Shown here piece by piece: positions 9,085 to 19,215 of a stretch of 34,714 nucleotides of DNA. Numbering within the stretch: the stretch's first letter is position 1; every line of letters starts with the position of its first letter. The notes beneath the pieces are model-generated. The model did not search any database, had not been told where the DNA came from, and saw only the letters and a program-made list of their open reading frames with translations. A program made the position numbers and the translations under genes. This stretch comes from Callorhinchus milii (lineage: Eukaryota): contig NW_024705556.1 of assembly GCF_018977255.1 (NCBI RefSeq), positions 1 through 34,714 on the forward strand. Direction: 5' to 3'.

Positions 9085-9496
9085 GGAGTCCTGTAGTTTA
9101 GTATTAGAGCACTCGCAAGCGAGAGGACCTGGGTTCGATTCCTGGGCATGGGGCGAACAGTTGGGCAAGTTTCCTTATTCCACACTCATGCCCTGTTTAC
9201 CGAGCAGTAAGTAGCAACCCGGTTGTTTTTGCTATATCAGATGCAAGGATTACTTGGCGGATCGCTTTTCCAGGAGTAATCATCCCATCAAAATTTTAAA
9301 TACAAAAATAATGACGATTTGGTCACTCGATGCACGGCTGTTTGCGGGGACGCTGCTGTACGCAATTGGCTGCCCGCGTTTTGCCCGTAAAATACACAGT
9401 CGCTTCGCTTTGCAGAATATCTTGTGAAGCGCTTTGAGAAGTCTCAGCGACGCGATAAGCTGCTATATCAAATGCAAGGATTATTATTATTATTAC
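9085..9496 (+). mobile_element. Long-family tRNA-derived SINE, full length
   Basis: ggagtcctgtag head, B-box GGTTCGATTCC, gggcaagtttcc body, tail with (TTA)n. Confidence 0.85.
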
Positions 9497-9679
9497 TATG
9501 CCGAAACAGATGGTTCATCTTTACTAGTCCACGCCGGTGTTTGTATTTCACACAAGTCCCCACTTCTCCTACACCCCTCGGTTCCCCTCTGCCTCATGTA
9601 TGCAGTTTCCTCTTATATAATCACATCGATGCTTTCTGCTTTAACCGCACCTCGCAGCCGTGAGTTCTGCATTCTCACC

Positions 9680-9830
9680 ATCACCAACAACAACTTGCAT
9701 TTATTTACCCAGGGCCCCTCACGCAGGGTAGTGTCCCACAGCGCTTGGCAGTGGCGGAGCACGACCCCAAGCCGGGGGTAGGGAGGGAGGCGGGAGCTGA
9801 CTGTAAGCACGGTCGAATGGGAAGGAAGTG
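9680..9830 (-). mobile_element. L2-type LINE 3' end ending in (TTG)n; related pieces at about 5885-5935(-), 11575-11965(-), 12680-12785(+) and 19940-20065(+)
   Basis: The minus strand reads cactgccaagcgctgtgggacac...aaatgcaagttgttgttg. Confidence 0.6.
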
Positions 9831-9934
9831 GGGAGAGAGGCGGAGGGATAGAGAAAGAGTGTTCCAGAGTTTCGGGGGATAGTGGCTGAAGATAGGGCCA
9901 ACGATGGTGGAACGGAGGGGATGAGGGACCTACT

Positions 9935-10160
9935 GGAGGTCTTTGTGTGTGAAGAATTTCTTCCTAAGCTCCCTATTAGATCTGTTACTGGCTACCGTAT
10001 ATTTACACCCTCCAGTTTTGGACTCACCAACAGTCTATTAATCTTATCAAGTCCTTTCATAACCTTTCGAACAGATCCTTTCTCAGTCGCCTCAACTCCA
10101 GAGAGAAAAGTGCTGTTCTGTCCAGTCTTTCTCGACAGTAATATCCAGTCATCACTGTAA
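9935..10160 (-). mobile_element. CR1-type LINE ORF2 C-terminal remnant
   Basis: The minus strand gives KVMKGLDKIN and ...aggaagaaattcttcacaca, typical of CR1 ORF2 ends. Confidence 0.55.
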
Positions 10161-10231
10161 CATCCTTGTAAACCTAATACAACAATAATAATATAATACA
10201 TTAGTTGGACCAAGAAACATTAGGCAATTTT

Positions 10232-10575
10232 GCTGTAAGTAGGAACCCGGTTGTTAGTCGATTCGCAGTTGGATCGCTTTCCGGGGGTAGTAATCCCTTG
10301 CAGAAGAAAAAAATGAGAAGAATTAATAATAATTTGGTCACACTGGCTCGGGGGTCAGACCCCGCCACTATCAAGCTCTCCGGGAATCTAACCTGTGTGA
10401 AGAGGGCTGGGTAAAGGCAAGTTGTTGTTGTGTACAGTTGTCTGCCGTGTTTCGCCCACCAAAATACACAGTCAATTTACTTTACTGTATATTCTGTGAA
10501 GCGCTTTGCGACGTCCCAATGGTGCGCTAAGGCGCTATATCACACGCAAGGATTATTAATATTATTATTATTATT
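10232..10575 (+). mobile_element. SINE body and tail, interrupted
   Basis: gtaagtaggaacccggttgttagtcg...gaagcgctttgcgacgtccc...(TTA)n. Confidence 0.75.
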
Positions 10576-10639
10576 ATTCCCATCTCCCTTGTGTGTATCT
10601 AACCCTAACGGGTCAAACGTACACGATTGGAGCAGTGAG

Positions 10640-10765
10640 GGCAAAATGCTGCAGATGCTGAAATAAAAGCGCAAGTGGCTGGGAGCACAGGGCGGGTCAG
10701 GCAGCATCTACGGAGAGAGGAAAATGGGTTCGCGTTTCAGGTCGACGGCCCTTCCGCCCGAAGGT
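10640..10765 (-). mobile_element. Probable Penelope-like element terminal fragment
   Basis: atgctgcagatgctg...ggtcaggcagcatctacggagagagg...cgtttcaggtcga resembles a repeat I recall from shark genomes. Confidence 0.45.
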
Positions 10766-10786
10766 GATCGGAGAGCAGTCGAGCGC

Positions 10787-10823
10787 TGCAGCGATCCCTC
10801 TGAACCACCACTAGAGGGAGCTA
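10787..10823 (+). promoter_or_regulatory. CTCF-like site
   Basis: CCACTAGAGGGAGC at 10808-10821 with an upstream TGCAG element. Confidence 0.55.
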
Positions 10824-11096
10824 GCACCCACGTTCCCCATCGTTGCCTCATCTGGTCCGGTCGGTAGTGACTGAAACGGCGGTCTCCCCCTCTCCCCTCG
10901 CTTTGCCCTCTGGAATTTTGGGTGGAAGCTCGTCTGCACCGGGAACTAAAAGCAGACGCCAGACTTCAGCTCAGCCAAAACCCTCCTGCGGGCGAGCACA
11001 GCTGTCTCATTCTCCCCCCCCGCTTCCCCTTTGGGTATTGCCGAGCGATTCCGCAACAGGAAAAGGTCTCAAAATAACAGTAATTTTTTTTTTCGG

Positions 11097-11438
11097 GACG
11101 TCTCGAAGCGCTTCACGGAACCTGCCGCGAGTTGGATCGACTGTGAAGTTTGCGGGCGAAGCGCGGCAGCCGATTGCGCTCAGCGGTGGTTGACAAACAG
11201 TCGTGGATTCGGGGAAGAAATTGTTATTTGACAGATGTTTTGGGGAGCAATCGTTACCGCCGGAAAGCCAGTTGCCGCTCGACGAACAACCAGGTTCCTA
11301 CTTACTGCTAGGTAAGCAGAGGCGTGCGTGGAGTAAGGAAACTTGCCCAACGTTTCGCCCTGCCCTGCCCCGCCCGGCAATCGAACCCGGGTCCTCTCGC
11401 TCGCGAGGCGAACGCTCTTAACCGCCGAACTACAGGAC
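11097..11438 (-). mobile_element. Long-family tRNA-derived SINE
   Basis: Reverse complement of head, body and tail. Confidence 0.8.
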
Positions 11439-12199
11439 AGAATTCCGGTTGGTTGGTCGAAGCCGGAATTCCGACTCCGGTTTGAGTCACGTGCTGCGGT
11501 GTCGGAGCTGGGTTTAGTCACCGCTGTTGGTCTGTTGACTTGGGCGGCGGTGTTGAGCCCGTTCTGCCTCAACGATAACAACAACAACTTGCACTTACAC
11601 AGCGAACCCCCCCACACCGCGCGCAGGATAGCGCCCCGGAGCGCTTGACAGTGGCGGAGCACGAGGAAGGAGGGTGCGAGTTGGAGGAGGGAGGGAGGGA
11701 GGGAGGGTGGGATGAGGAAGGAGAGTGCGCGGTGGAGGGATTGAGGGCAGTGTTTTCCAGAGTTTCGGGGTGCGGCTGATGGCGGAGCGGAGGAGGTCGC
11801 GGGGGATTAATGGAGGAGGCCGGAGCCAGTCGAGCGCAAGGCTGCGGGTGGTGGGGTTCGGGTGTGAGAAGCGTAGCGCCCCAGAGGGCTGAGGAACGAT
11901 ACCGAGCTGACGGGAGGGAGATGGAGGAGGGCGACCCCAGGCACGGTCGAAGAGGAAGGTCTTTTATTAGACACGATCCGAAGATTTGGGGAACTAATTG
12001 CAATTGTAAAAAAAAAAGCTTTGGAGAGAGAGAGAGAGAGAGAGAGCGCGCGCCATGTGGATCGGAAGGCACTGAGTTTCAAGCGTCCTTTCCCTGTGGA
12101 TCGCTCGCGTTTCCCGATCTCCGCGCCCAGTGGCTCCAGGCCTTGCTTTTCTCGGCGGTTTACAGAGCCCGGCGACTGACGTCTTTAGCTTTCCCTCAG

Positions 12200-12322
12200 A
12201 ACCTGGAGGTGGCGATCAGGAAGAAGATCGAGCACGATATCACCGTCAAAGCCAACGCCAACATGGCCAAGCAACTGACCATCGTCAAGGCATCAGAGGG
12301 GAAAAGCAAGACCAAGAAATAA
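12200..12322 (+). CDS. C19orf53: C19orf53 exon 3 (NLEVAIRKKIEHDITVKA...KTKK*); total protein 102 aa
   Basis: NLEVxIRKKIEHD motif; ttccctcag acceptor at 12199; TAA at 12320-12322. Confidence 0.95.
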   Translation, partial: NLEVAIRKKIEHDITVKANANMAKQLTIVKASEGKSKTKK

Positions 12323-12789
12323 ATAGGGAATCACTGTATCAAATCGCACGGAAGATAAAACGATAGGGAATTTCTCCCAATGTATCGAGTGTTTTTTTCT
12401 CTCTCTCTCTCTCTCTCCCTCCCTTTCTCTCTCAGAACTGCCGCTACAATTGGGGTCCTGGGGAAAAAAAAAAAGGACAAAGTCTCTTGTGATTTTTTTT
12501 TTTTGCTCTGAATTATTTTCCCAGCGCAAGTCCACTGTTTCCTGTCCTTGACTGGTTCCGTTGACGTGCACAAAATTGGCTGCCGCATTTGTCCGTGAAG
12601 TGTACACACATCACCACAACTTTACAGTAAATCCTGCGAAGCGCGTTGAGACGTCTCGTCTCAAGCCAATGCTCGAGTCATCCTTCCACCACCTCGCTTG
12701 ATCCCGAACGCCAGCTCAGGAGCACACCCTCGACCGTCCAGCGCCTTGGGGCTTCCTCCCGCCGTGAAAGGCGCCGTGTCAATGCCATT

Positions 12790-13182
12790 TGTAATAATAA
12801 TAATAATAATAATCCTTGCATTTGATATAGAGCTTCATCACTTTCTTTAGACGTCTCGAAACGCCTCGCAGCAGGTAAGACTTTAAGGTGCGTTTTGTTG
12901 GCGCAACTCGGCAGCCAATTGTGCAGAGTGGTGTCCCACACACCGTCGTGGGTTGAGTGACCAAATGATTGTATTTGATTTATTTTTTTGAAGGGAATTA
13001 TTACCCCCCCCCTCCTGGAAAAGGGAATCCACCAATCGATCAATAGGGTTCCGACTTGCTGCTGGGTAAACCGAGACGTTGTGTGTGGGGCGAGGAAACT
13101 CGCCCAACGTTTCGCCCGGCCCGGAGATGGAACCCGGGTCCTCTCGCTTGCGAGGCGAGTGCTCTGACCGCGACAGGACTCC
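12790..13182 (-). mobile_element. Long-family tRNA-derived SINE, full length
   Basis: (TAA)n tail at the left end and ...caggactcc head at the right end. Confidence 0.85.
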
Positions 13183-13438
13183 CAAAGCATCTGTTTGGTC
13201 TGTACGGCGGGGTAAGGCGCTGCAAGTATTTATTATTAAACCTAAGACCTAATCTTTGCAAATTCCGGTGCTTCGCTTTAGTTCAGACCCTAAAAAAAAA
13301 ATCTCTTGGTGTGTGTGTGAGTGTGTGTGAGAGGTTATACTGGTTGGACCGCTCTATATAGTCATTGGCATGTACATTTTGTACAGGGAAAGGTGCCACT
13401 GATGGGTTTCGAAGTAGTTTCACTGAAACCTGTTATTG

Positions 13439-13480
<42 letters not shown>

Positions 13481-13649
13481 ATGCTGTAGAGCTCTCGTGT
13501 GAGAAATGCTCCGAGGCCCTCGCTGGAGGCATCGTTTCGCTTCCCTGTAGCCACATAATTGAGGGAGGCGCCAGACCTATCCAGGCTTGCATTGCCTTTG
13601 GGGATCGAGCACCAGATGTCATGCCGGGAGGAAGACCCTTCCCCTCTGC

Positions 13650-14035
13650 CCACCAAGCGGGAGGACCCGGGTTCGATTCCCGGACAGGACAGGTCAGGTC
13701 AGGGCGAAACCTTAGGCAAGTTTTCTTACTCACAGACACACAGGCGCGCGCACACACCTTCGTTTACCTAGCAGTCACCCGACTGGTGGATCGCTTTTCC
13801 TGCGGTAATAATCCCTTCAAAAATAAAGAATAAAAAAAAATAATAACCATTTGGTCACTCCGACCCACGGCTGTTCGTGGGGGAAGCTGCCGTGCGCAAT
13901 CGGCTGCCATTCCGCCCACAAGATATCCCAGCCGGCTCACTTGACGGTGTACTCTGCCAAGCGCTTTGAGACGCCTCGAGGACGTGGTAAGGGGCTGCAT
14001 TACATGCGAGGATTATTATTTATTATTATTATTAT
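13650..14035 (+). mobile_element. Long-family SINE
   Basis: ggacccgggttcgattccc, body and tail. Confidence 0.8.
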
Positions 14036-14417
14036 CATCACTCACCAGCGCTTGCCAGTGTGAGCCAGTGCCTTGAGGATAGCTATGAATAAGGGAACGC
14101 GCTGCTCCTTTGTGAAGCGGCTCTGGGTGTTGTGTGCCTGTGCCTCGCGTGACAGGTGTGACTGACAATGATATTTTTTCGCGTGTTTCACAGCTGAAAC
14201 ACCAGCTGTGAGGGCAGTGACAGCTGAGCATTGCACTGAGTGAGGGAGAGACTGGTCCTTTCACACCTGCCCCGTTTGTAAGTGGATCTCAGCGACACTC
14301 GGGCCAAATAGTTAGTCTCTCTCTCTCTTTCTGTCCCTCTCTTTCTGTCTCTCTGTACTCCCACCCTCTCTCTCTCTCTCTCTCTCTCTCCAATTCGTTG
14401 CTTTGCCTTTTATTTTC

Positions 14418-14733
14418 GGAGTCCTGTGGCTCAGTGGTTAGAGCACTCGCTTTGCAAGTGAGAGTCCTGAGTTCAATTCCAGGCAGAGGGCGAAACCTTG
14501 GGCAAGTTTCCTTACTCCACACAGAGCCTAATAGTAATCCCTCCAAAACCAAAAACAATAATAAATTGGTCATTTTCAATCCACGACTATTTGTGGGACA
14601 TTGCTGTGCGCAATTGGCTGCCGCGTTCGCCCACAAATATACAGTCAATTCACTTTACAGTGTGTTCTGTGAAACGCTTTGGGACGTCCTCCCGACGTGA
14701 AAAGCGCTATATCAAATGCAAGGATTATTATTA
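14418..14733 (+). mobile_element. Short young-subfamily SINE
   Basis: Near-identical to 1056-1390. Confidence 0.9.
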
Positions 14734-14754
14734 TAAAATAGAAGTCGAGTCTTT

Positions 14755-15058
14755 TGAAGATTAATCGGCAAAAGAACCAGAGGGGAGATGAGAGACGAGG
14801 AGACATTTTATTTTATTTTTTAACCCAGAGAGTTGTTACGGTCTGGAATGCACCCCCTGAAAAGCTGGTGTGGAATCAGATTCGAGAACGACTTTCAAAA
14901 GGGGAATTGGATAGGGACTTGAAAGGGACATTTTTTTTTTTGCAAGGGTCTGGGGGTAAGAGGGGTGGGGAGTGGCGGACTGATTGGGTAGCTCTGGCCC
15001 GCCGCGGACAAGATGGGCCGAATTGGCCTCCTCCTGTGCTGTAACAGTCTCTGATTCC
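14755..15058 (+). mobile_element. CR1-type LINE 3' end
   Basis: FLTQRVVTVWNA peptide, ctttcaaaaggggaattggat, and 3' UTR gatgggccgaattggcctcctcctgtgctgtaa. Confidence 0.75.
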
Positions 15059-15217
15059 GTGACCCGCGGAAATCTGTCTGGCGTCCAAATAACTTACGCT
15101 GGGCGGCATCTCGGAGCGCTTAACATTGGTGGTGGGGGGAGGCCGTGAGAGGGGAGGTGACCGTGAGCGTGGTCGAAGAGGAAGGCCTTCGGGTGGGACC
15201 TGAAGACTGACAAAAGA

Positions 15218-16132
15218 GTGGGCGAGAGAGGAGGAGGGATCTACCGCTGCTCTCTTGCCTCCGCCAAATCCTCCTTCTCCTCCAAGGTGACCTTGGAGGC
15301 AAAGGACAACCCCAGGCTTCTCTATTCCACCACTAACCGTCTCCTCCGTCCACCTTCCCGTACCTCGCCCATCCTCTCAAACTGCAACTGCGAGGAGATG
15401 CTGGACTTCCTCGAATCTAAAATCGAGGGGATTTGTTCAGCCACCTCAGCCCCGTCCACAACCACCCCCACATCACCGCTCCCTACTGACGCATCCCCCC
15501 CCCCTATATTCCTTCGAACCTATCTGTCCCTCACCACGACTGTCCGCAAACTCAAACCCACCACCTGCTCCCTCGATCCCATCCCCACCTCTCTCCTCGT
15601 CTCCCAGCTTCACCTTCTGTCCCCTCTCCTGTCCGATGTCGTCAAGCTCTCCTTGTCCACCGGTTCAGTTCCCAACCCCCCCTAAAAACAGCTGTCATCA
15701 CCCCCATCTTGAAAAAACCTTCCCGGATCCATCCCTCCTCTCCAGCTTCCGCCCCATCTCTATCCTCCCATTCCTCTCCAAGGTCCTGGAATGAGTCGTC
15801 GCGTCCCAGCTCCGCTCCTTTCTCTCTCGCCATTCCCTCTTTGAACTTGATGTCCGACTGCCTGTCGGACATCAAGTCCTGGATGAGGGAAGGCGACTCA
15901 GAGAGGACCTCATAGAGATTTATCCTCTCCCCCTCTCTTGCCTCCTTCAAATCCCGTCTCAAGACCCTCCGAGTGCCTTCGGTCACTCTCCTATCCCCAC
16001 CCTCCCTGTCTTCCACCCCCCCCCCCCCGTCCTGATTCCAGCCCCCAGCTCGGGTCCCAATCCCTGACTGTCCATCCAACATCTTGAAACGTCCTCCCGA
16101 CCTGAAAGGAGCTATACAAATACAATTTGTTG
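15218..16132 (+). mobile_element. L2-clade LINE ORF2 remnant, internally deleted, with 3' tail
   Basis: KDNPRLLYSTTNRLL, KPTTCSLDPIPTSLL, LKTAVITPILKKP, RPISILPFLSKVLE*VVASQL, DCLSDIKSWM and SLASFKSRLKT occur in order. Confidence 0.85.
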
Positions 16133-16612
16133 CCTTTAATAATAATCCTTGCATTTCGCCCTTGTATTTTGTGGGCGCGTTTCGTCCCCCAAAAAACACA
16201 GTCACTACACTTTACAGTATATTCTGTATTATAATTCATTATATTATGAATTATAATATAAATTATACATTACAAACTGCTCTTTACAGACGTTTCAAAA
16301 GCAAACGCGGGGGTTAATGTTGTCGGGCGATGCAACGATTATCACTGGTGGTAATACCACGTGCCGTGGTTAGGAGAAATCGTGGAAATCCGGAGGCTGG
16401 AATCTCTGGCAAACTTTGTCCTCGGCCAAGCGTTAGACCGTCTGATTTCATGTGTGGACCAGATGTCAGGAAATGCCAGGTTAAGTCAAAGCTCTTGAGT
16501 TTTTAATGGAGAAATTTGTTTCCTTAATGTAATTCTCTCTCTCTCTCTCTCTCTCCCTCCCTCCCCTTGACCGAGTTGGGGTGAGATCTGAAGCCTAGCA
16601 AAGCATTGGATT

Positions 16613-16938
16613 ATAATAATAATATAATAATAATCCTTGCATTTGATATAGCGCTTTTCACATCGGAAGGACGTCCCAAAGCGCTTCACAGAACACACTG
16701 TAAAGTGAATTGACTGTATATTTGTGGGTGAACGCGGCAGCCAATTGCGCACAGCAATGTCCCACAAACAGTTGTAGATTGAAAATGACCAATTTATTAT
16801 TGTTTGGTTTTGGAGGGATTATTATTAGGCTCTGTGTGGAGTAAGGAAACTTGCCCAAGGTTTCGCCCTCTGCCTGGAATTGAACTCAGGTCTCTCACTT
16901 GCAAAGCGAGTGCTCTAACCACTGAGCTACAGGACTCC
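16613..16938 (-). mobile_element. Short young-subfamily SINE
   Basis: Near-identical reverse complement of 1056-1390 and 14418-14733. Confidence 0.9.
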
Positions 16939-16977
16939 ACAAATTGGGGGATAATAATAATAATAATCCTTACATTT

Positions 16978-17140
16978 GATATAAGAACGTAAGAAAAGCT
17001 AGACAAGAAAAAGACCAAGGTCCGTTTCGTTCACCTTCCTGGCGGTCGCATGCACGTATGTCCCGAACTCCCTATGTCCTATAACGTTATTTCCTAAAGG
17101 AAAACTGCGTTCGAAAGAATCAACATTTCGGATTGGACGT
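16978..17140 (-). mobile_element. CR1-like 3' end fragment; related + copy at about 18430-18660
   Basis: The two segments share ttgattcttt...atagga...ccaggaagg...aacg...ggtcttttct..tct...tcttac.ttctta. Confidence 0.45.
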
Positions 17141-17149
17141 CTCGTGGCA

Positions 17150-17292
17150 TATACTGTTAAAAAGCGCGGTCGCTCGGTGTTCGTGGGAGAAACGCGGCAG
17201 CCAGTTTGCGCACTGCGCCGTTCCCGGAGATGGACCCCCTCCTCTTTTCGAATAGTGCCGCGGGATCCGTAACGTCCACCCGAACGGGCACT
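17150..17292 (-). mobile_element. DeuSINE-like fragment
   Basis: ctcttttcgaatagtgccgcgggatccgtaacgtccacc matches the Deu-domain (reverse strand) as I recall it. Confidence 0.55.
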
Positions 17293-17375
17293 TTTAAATA
17301 AGTTACTAATGATATTATTAATAATAATCATCTTCCCCTATAGAATTGTGATCGTAGGAAGTGTCTAATGTGGAA

Positions 17376-17757
17376 AGTCCTGTGACGTACTGGTTAGAGC
17401 GCTCGCCTCGCAAGCGAGAGGACCTGGGTTCAATTCCCGGACGGGGCGAAACTTGGGCAAGTTTTCTCACTCCGCACGCACGCCTCTGTTTACCTCAGCG
17501 GTAAGTAGGAGCCCGGTTGTTGGTCGATCGGCGGATCGCTTTTCCAGGGGTAATAAACCCTTCCAAAAAATAATAAAAACGCAATAGTAATTTGGCCACT
17601 CGATCCACGGCTGCTGCTGTGTGTAATCGGCCGCCGCGTTTCGCCCACAAAACATACAGTCAATTCACTTCACGGTACATCCTGTGAAGCGCTTTGAGAC
17701 GTCTCGAAGACGTGATAAGTCGCTGTGTCCATTGGAAGGATTATTATTAATATTATT
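17376..17757 (+). mobile_element. Long-family tRNA-Ala(CGC)-like SINE, full length
   Basis: tggttagagcgctcgcctCGCaagcgagaggacctgggttcaattccc head, body and tail. Confidence 0.88.
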
Positions 17758-18159
17758 GTAATCTTCCCCCCGTAGAATTGTGATTCTCGGAAGTGCCAAC
17801 GGAATTCCCTCCCAACACTATAGAATTCCTTCCTGCCACCGGCCCAATTTGAGTTGTTATTATTATAACGTAAAGCCGATAGCCTTTGATCTAAAGCCTA
17901 ATTATTCCACTGGAAAACAAAACTATTTGAAGTTGCAAATTGTACTGAAACAAACGGTGGTAACTGCACCATTAATTACTGCTTTGCATTATATAAAAGC
18001 CGATAATTGCCACACAGAGTGCAATAACAGGCTGATGTTAACTGCTGGTAAATTTGTTCCTGATTACCGAAGGCCGCCTTCTCAGTTATTCTCCGGATAA
18101 GGCGATGTGCATCTCATTTGAAAGCGCACATGTTATTAATAAGAATAATAACGATGATA

Positions 18160-18385
18160 CTCCTTGAATTTGACAGAAGCGTCTTCGAGACGTCTCAAAG
18201 CGCCTCGCGGGATACACTGTAAATTAAATGGACTGTATATTTTGAGGGTGAAACGCAGCCACGTTCCACACGCGGTGTTAGATTGAGTGACCAGATCATT
18301 ATTATTATTTTTGGAAAGGAATGATTACCCCCGGAACAGCGATCCATCCGCCAATCGACTCACAAGCGGGTTCCTACTTACTACT
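18160..18385 (-). mobile_element. SINE fragment
   Basis: Reverse-strand tail and body. Confidence 0.7.
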
Positions 18386-18848
18386 TACTGGGCGTACTAC
18401 TTACTGAGATTGACGGTGTGGGTGGTGGTGGGGGTAAGTTCAGAACAAATCTACGCCAACGCTATTTCAGCGAGCGAAGAGGCTCCCGAGGCAGACGGTT
18501 GAAGGCAGCGGGAAGCGTTGATTCTTTCCAACACAGGTGAGAGAGTTTTGTTTTAGGGGAATAGCCTTATAGGATACAGTACATTTAGGGACAATATGGC
18601 CAGGAAGGCGGAAAGCGAACGAGATGGTCTTTTCTCGTCTTGGAGTGTCTTACATTCTTAACATATTAAGAAGGGACTGTTGTGATGTAGCGCTGAACCA
18701 CGTAGACCATTAGAGCGCAGATTATTTGACTCTGCGTCCTGCCGCGGAGGTGATTGACCTCCGCTGGAGCCACTGGACAGTGCTGCAGTTCTGCCGGGAA
18801 TACCTACAGATTCGTGTTTATTTTTCTGCCGCTCAGTGCCTTTCTGGG

Positions 18849-19215
18849 GCACTCGCAAGCGAGAGGACCTGAGCCCGATTCCCGGCAGGGCGAAAAGTTG
18901 GGCAAGTTCTTCCTTTCTCCACACACACACACACACACACGCGCCTCGGCTTACCGAGCCCGTAAGGAGGAACCCGCTTGTCAGTCGATTGGCGAGTCGC
19001 TTTTCCGTGGAAGATAATAACCCCTAAAAAAAAGAAATCGTAATAACTTAGTCGCTCAATCCACGACTGCTTAATGGGCTGCCGCGTTTCGCCCACAAAA
19101 TAACACAGTCGATTCACTTGTCAGTGTATTCTGCGAAGCGCGCCGAGATGTCTTGAAAACGCGATGAGGCGCTCTTATCAAACGCAAGCGTCATTATTGT
19201 TATTACTAATTATTA
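18849..19215 (+). mobile_element. Long-family SINE
   Basis: Head remnant, body with expanded (CA)n, and tail. Confidence 0.8.
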
